Of a DNA stretch of 64,000 bases, positions 63,334 through 64,000 are shown piece after piece; the first letter of the stretch is position 1; the number at the start of each line of letters is the position of its first letter. Source of the DNA: Paraspadella gotoi (taxonomy: Eukaryota; Animalia; Chaetognatha). The position numbers and the translations under genes are program-made. Where the stretch lies: contig CM119264.1 in NCBI GenBank assembly GCA_051294375.1, positions 25,775,392 through 25,839,391 on the forward strand, read 5' to 3'. The notes under the pieces were generated by a model. It searched no databases. It was not told where the DNA came from and worked only from the letters and a program-made list of their open reading frames with translations.

Positions 63334-64000
63334 CTTGGGGGGGTGATGGTGGATTGGAAAGGGTGGGTAGGGGGAAATGTGGAAAGGTGGAAATCGACGT
63401 GAGTTTAATGAAGATCGAAATGAGGATTTTTAAAAAATATTCAAGGCAAAGATAAAATATTATGAATGTCGATGAAAAACAAACGGAAGATATTTCCGGT
63501 TTTAATTATTTAATTTTTCTTTTTTTTTTATATCGAGACGGTGTAGGTACGTAATTTTTATTTTTATAAAAAAAAAGAAAGAAACTCTTTTCGATTTTCG
63601 GTCGTTCTCTCTGTTTTGAATTAACGTCGTGACGCTTGACGGGGCAAGGACGCCGCCCAACACAACCCCTGCTTCCCCTCCTTTTAAACTCCGCCCCCAT
63701 CTTCCCATCATCCCAGACGCGCGTAAATTTAAAAGTTAAAAAAATATATATAGTATATATATAAAAGGTAAACGTAGACAGACTCTATTTCGTTACAAAG
63801 TCTCGCCTTCCTTAAAAGCTGATGAGATTCGAAGGGAAAGATGAAGAAATAAAAAAAGAAGAAGAAATGCGAAAGAAAAAATCATTAAAATTCATGAACG
63901 CGGAGAAAAATGATGACGATGATGAAGAAAAAAAAGTTGAGCTCGTCGGGACCTGCATGATTATCAAAAAGAGTCCTTTTCTCGATTCCTGGATGACGAT

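Overview
Eukaryotic (probably invertebrate animal) genomic scaffold: microsatellite-rich, CpG not visibly depleted, many N gaps. The whole window lies inside one minus-strand gene for an immunoglobulin-superfamily protein. Four coding exons can be read (63333-63003, 46618-46461, 9566-9332 running into a gap, 474-216); the first two junctions are phase-compatible and the third donor lies in the gap. They encode one CD80/C2-like domain and two atypical Ig repeats. The introns hold two Ty3/Gypsy LTR retrotransposons: a full-length + strand element at 53722-60131, and a - strand element at 20702-27418 cut off at its 5' end by a gap. They also hold two candidate MITEs, a tRNA-derived SINE-like element and simple repeats. 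About half of the window (11.7-43.8 kb) is almost certainly a gap-filling artefact. One insertion-rich long read appears twice with identical errors, next to 25-N gaps, and a cleaner version of part of it follows at 43.8-48.2 kb. Most ORFs listed there are noise. No new multi-gene system is supported. The best leads are the non-canonical Ig domains and the extra pol segment and 3' repeat array of the minus-strand Gypsy.
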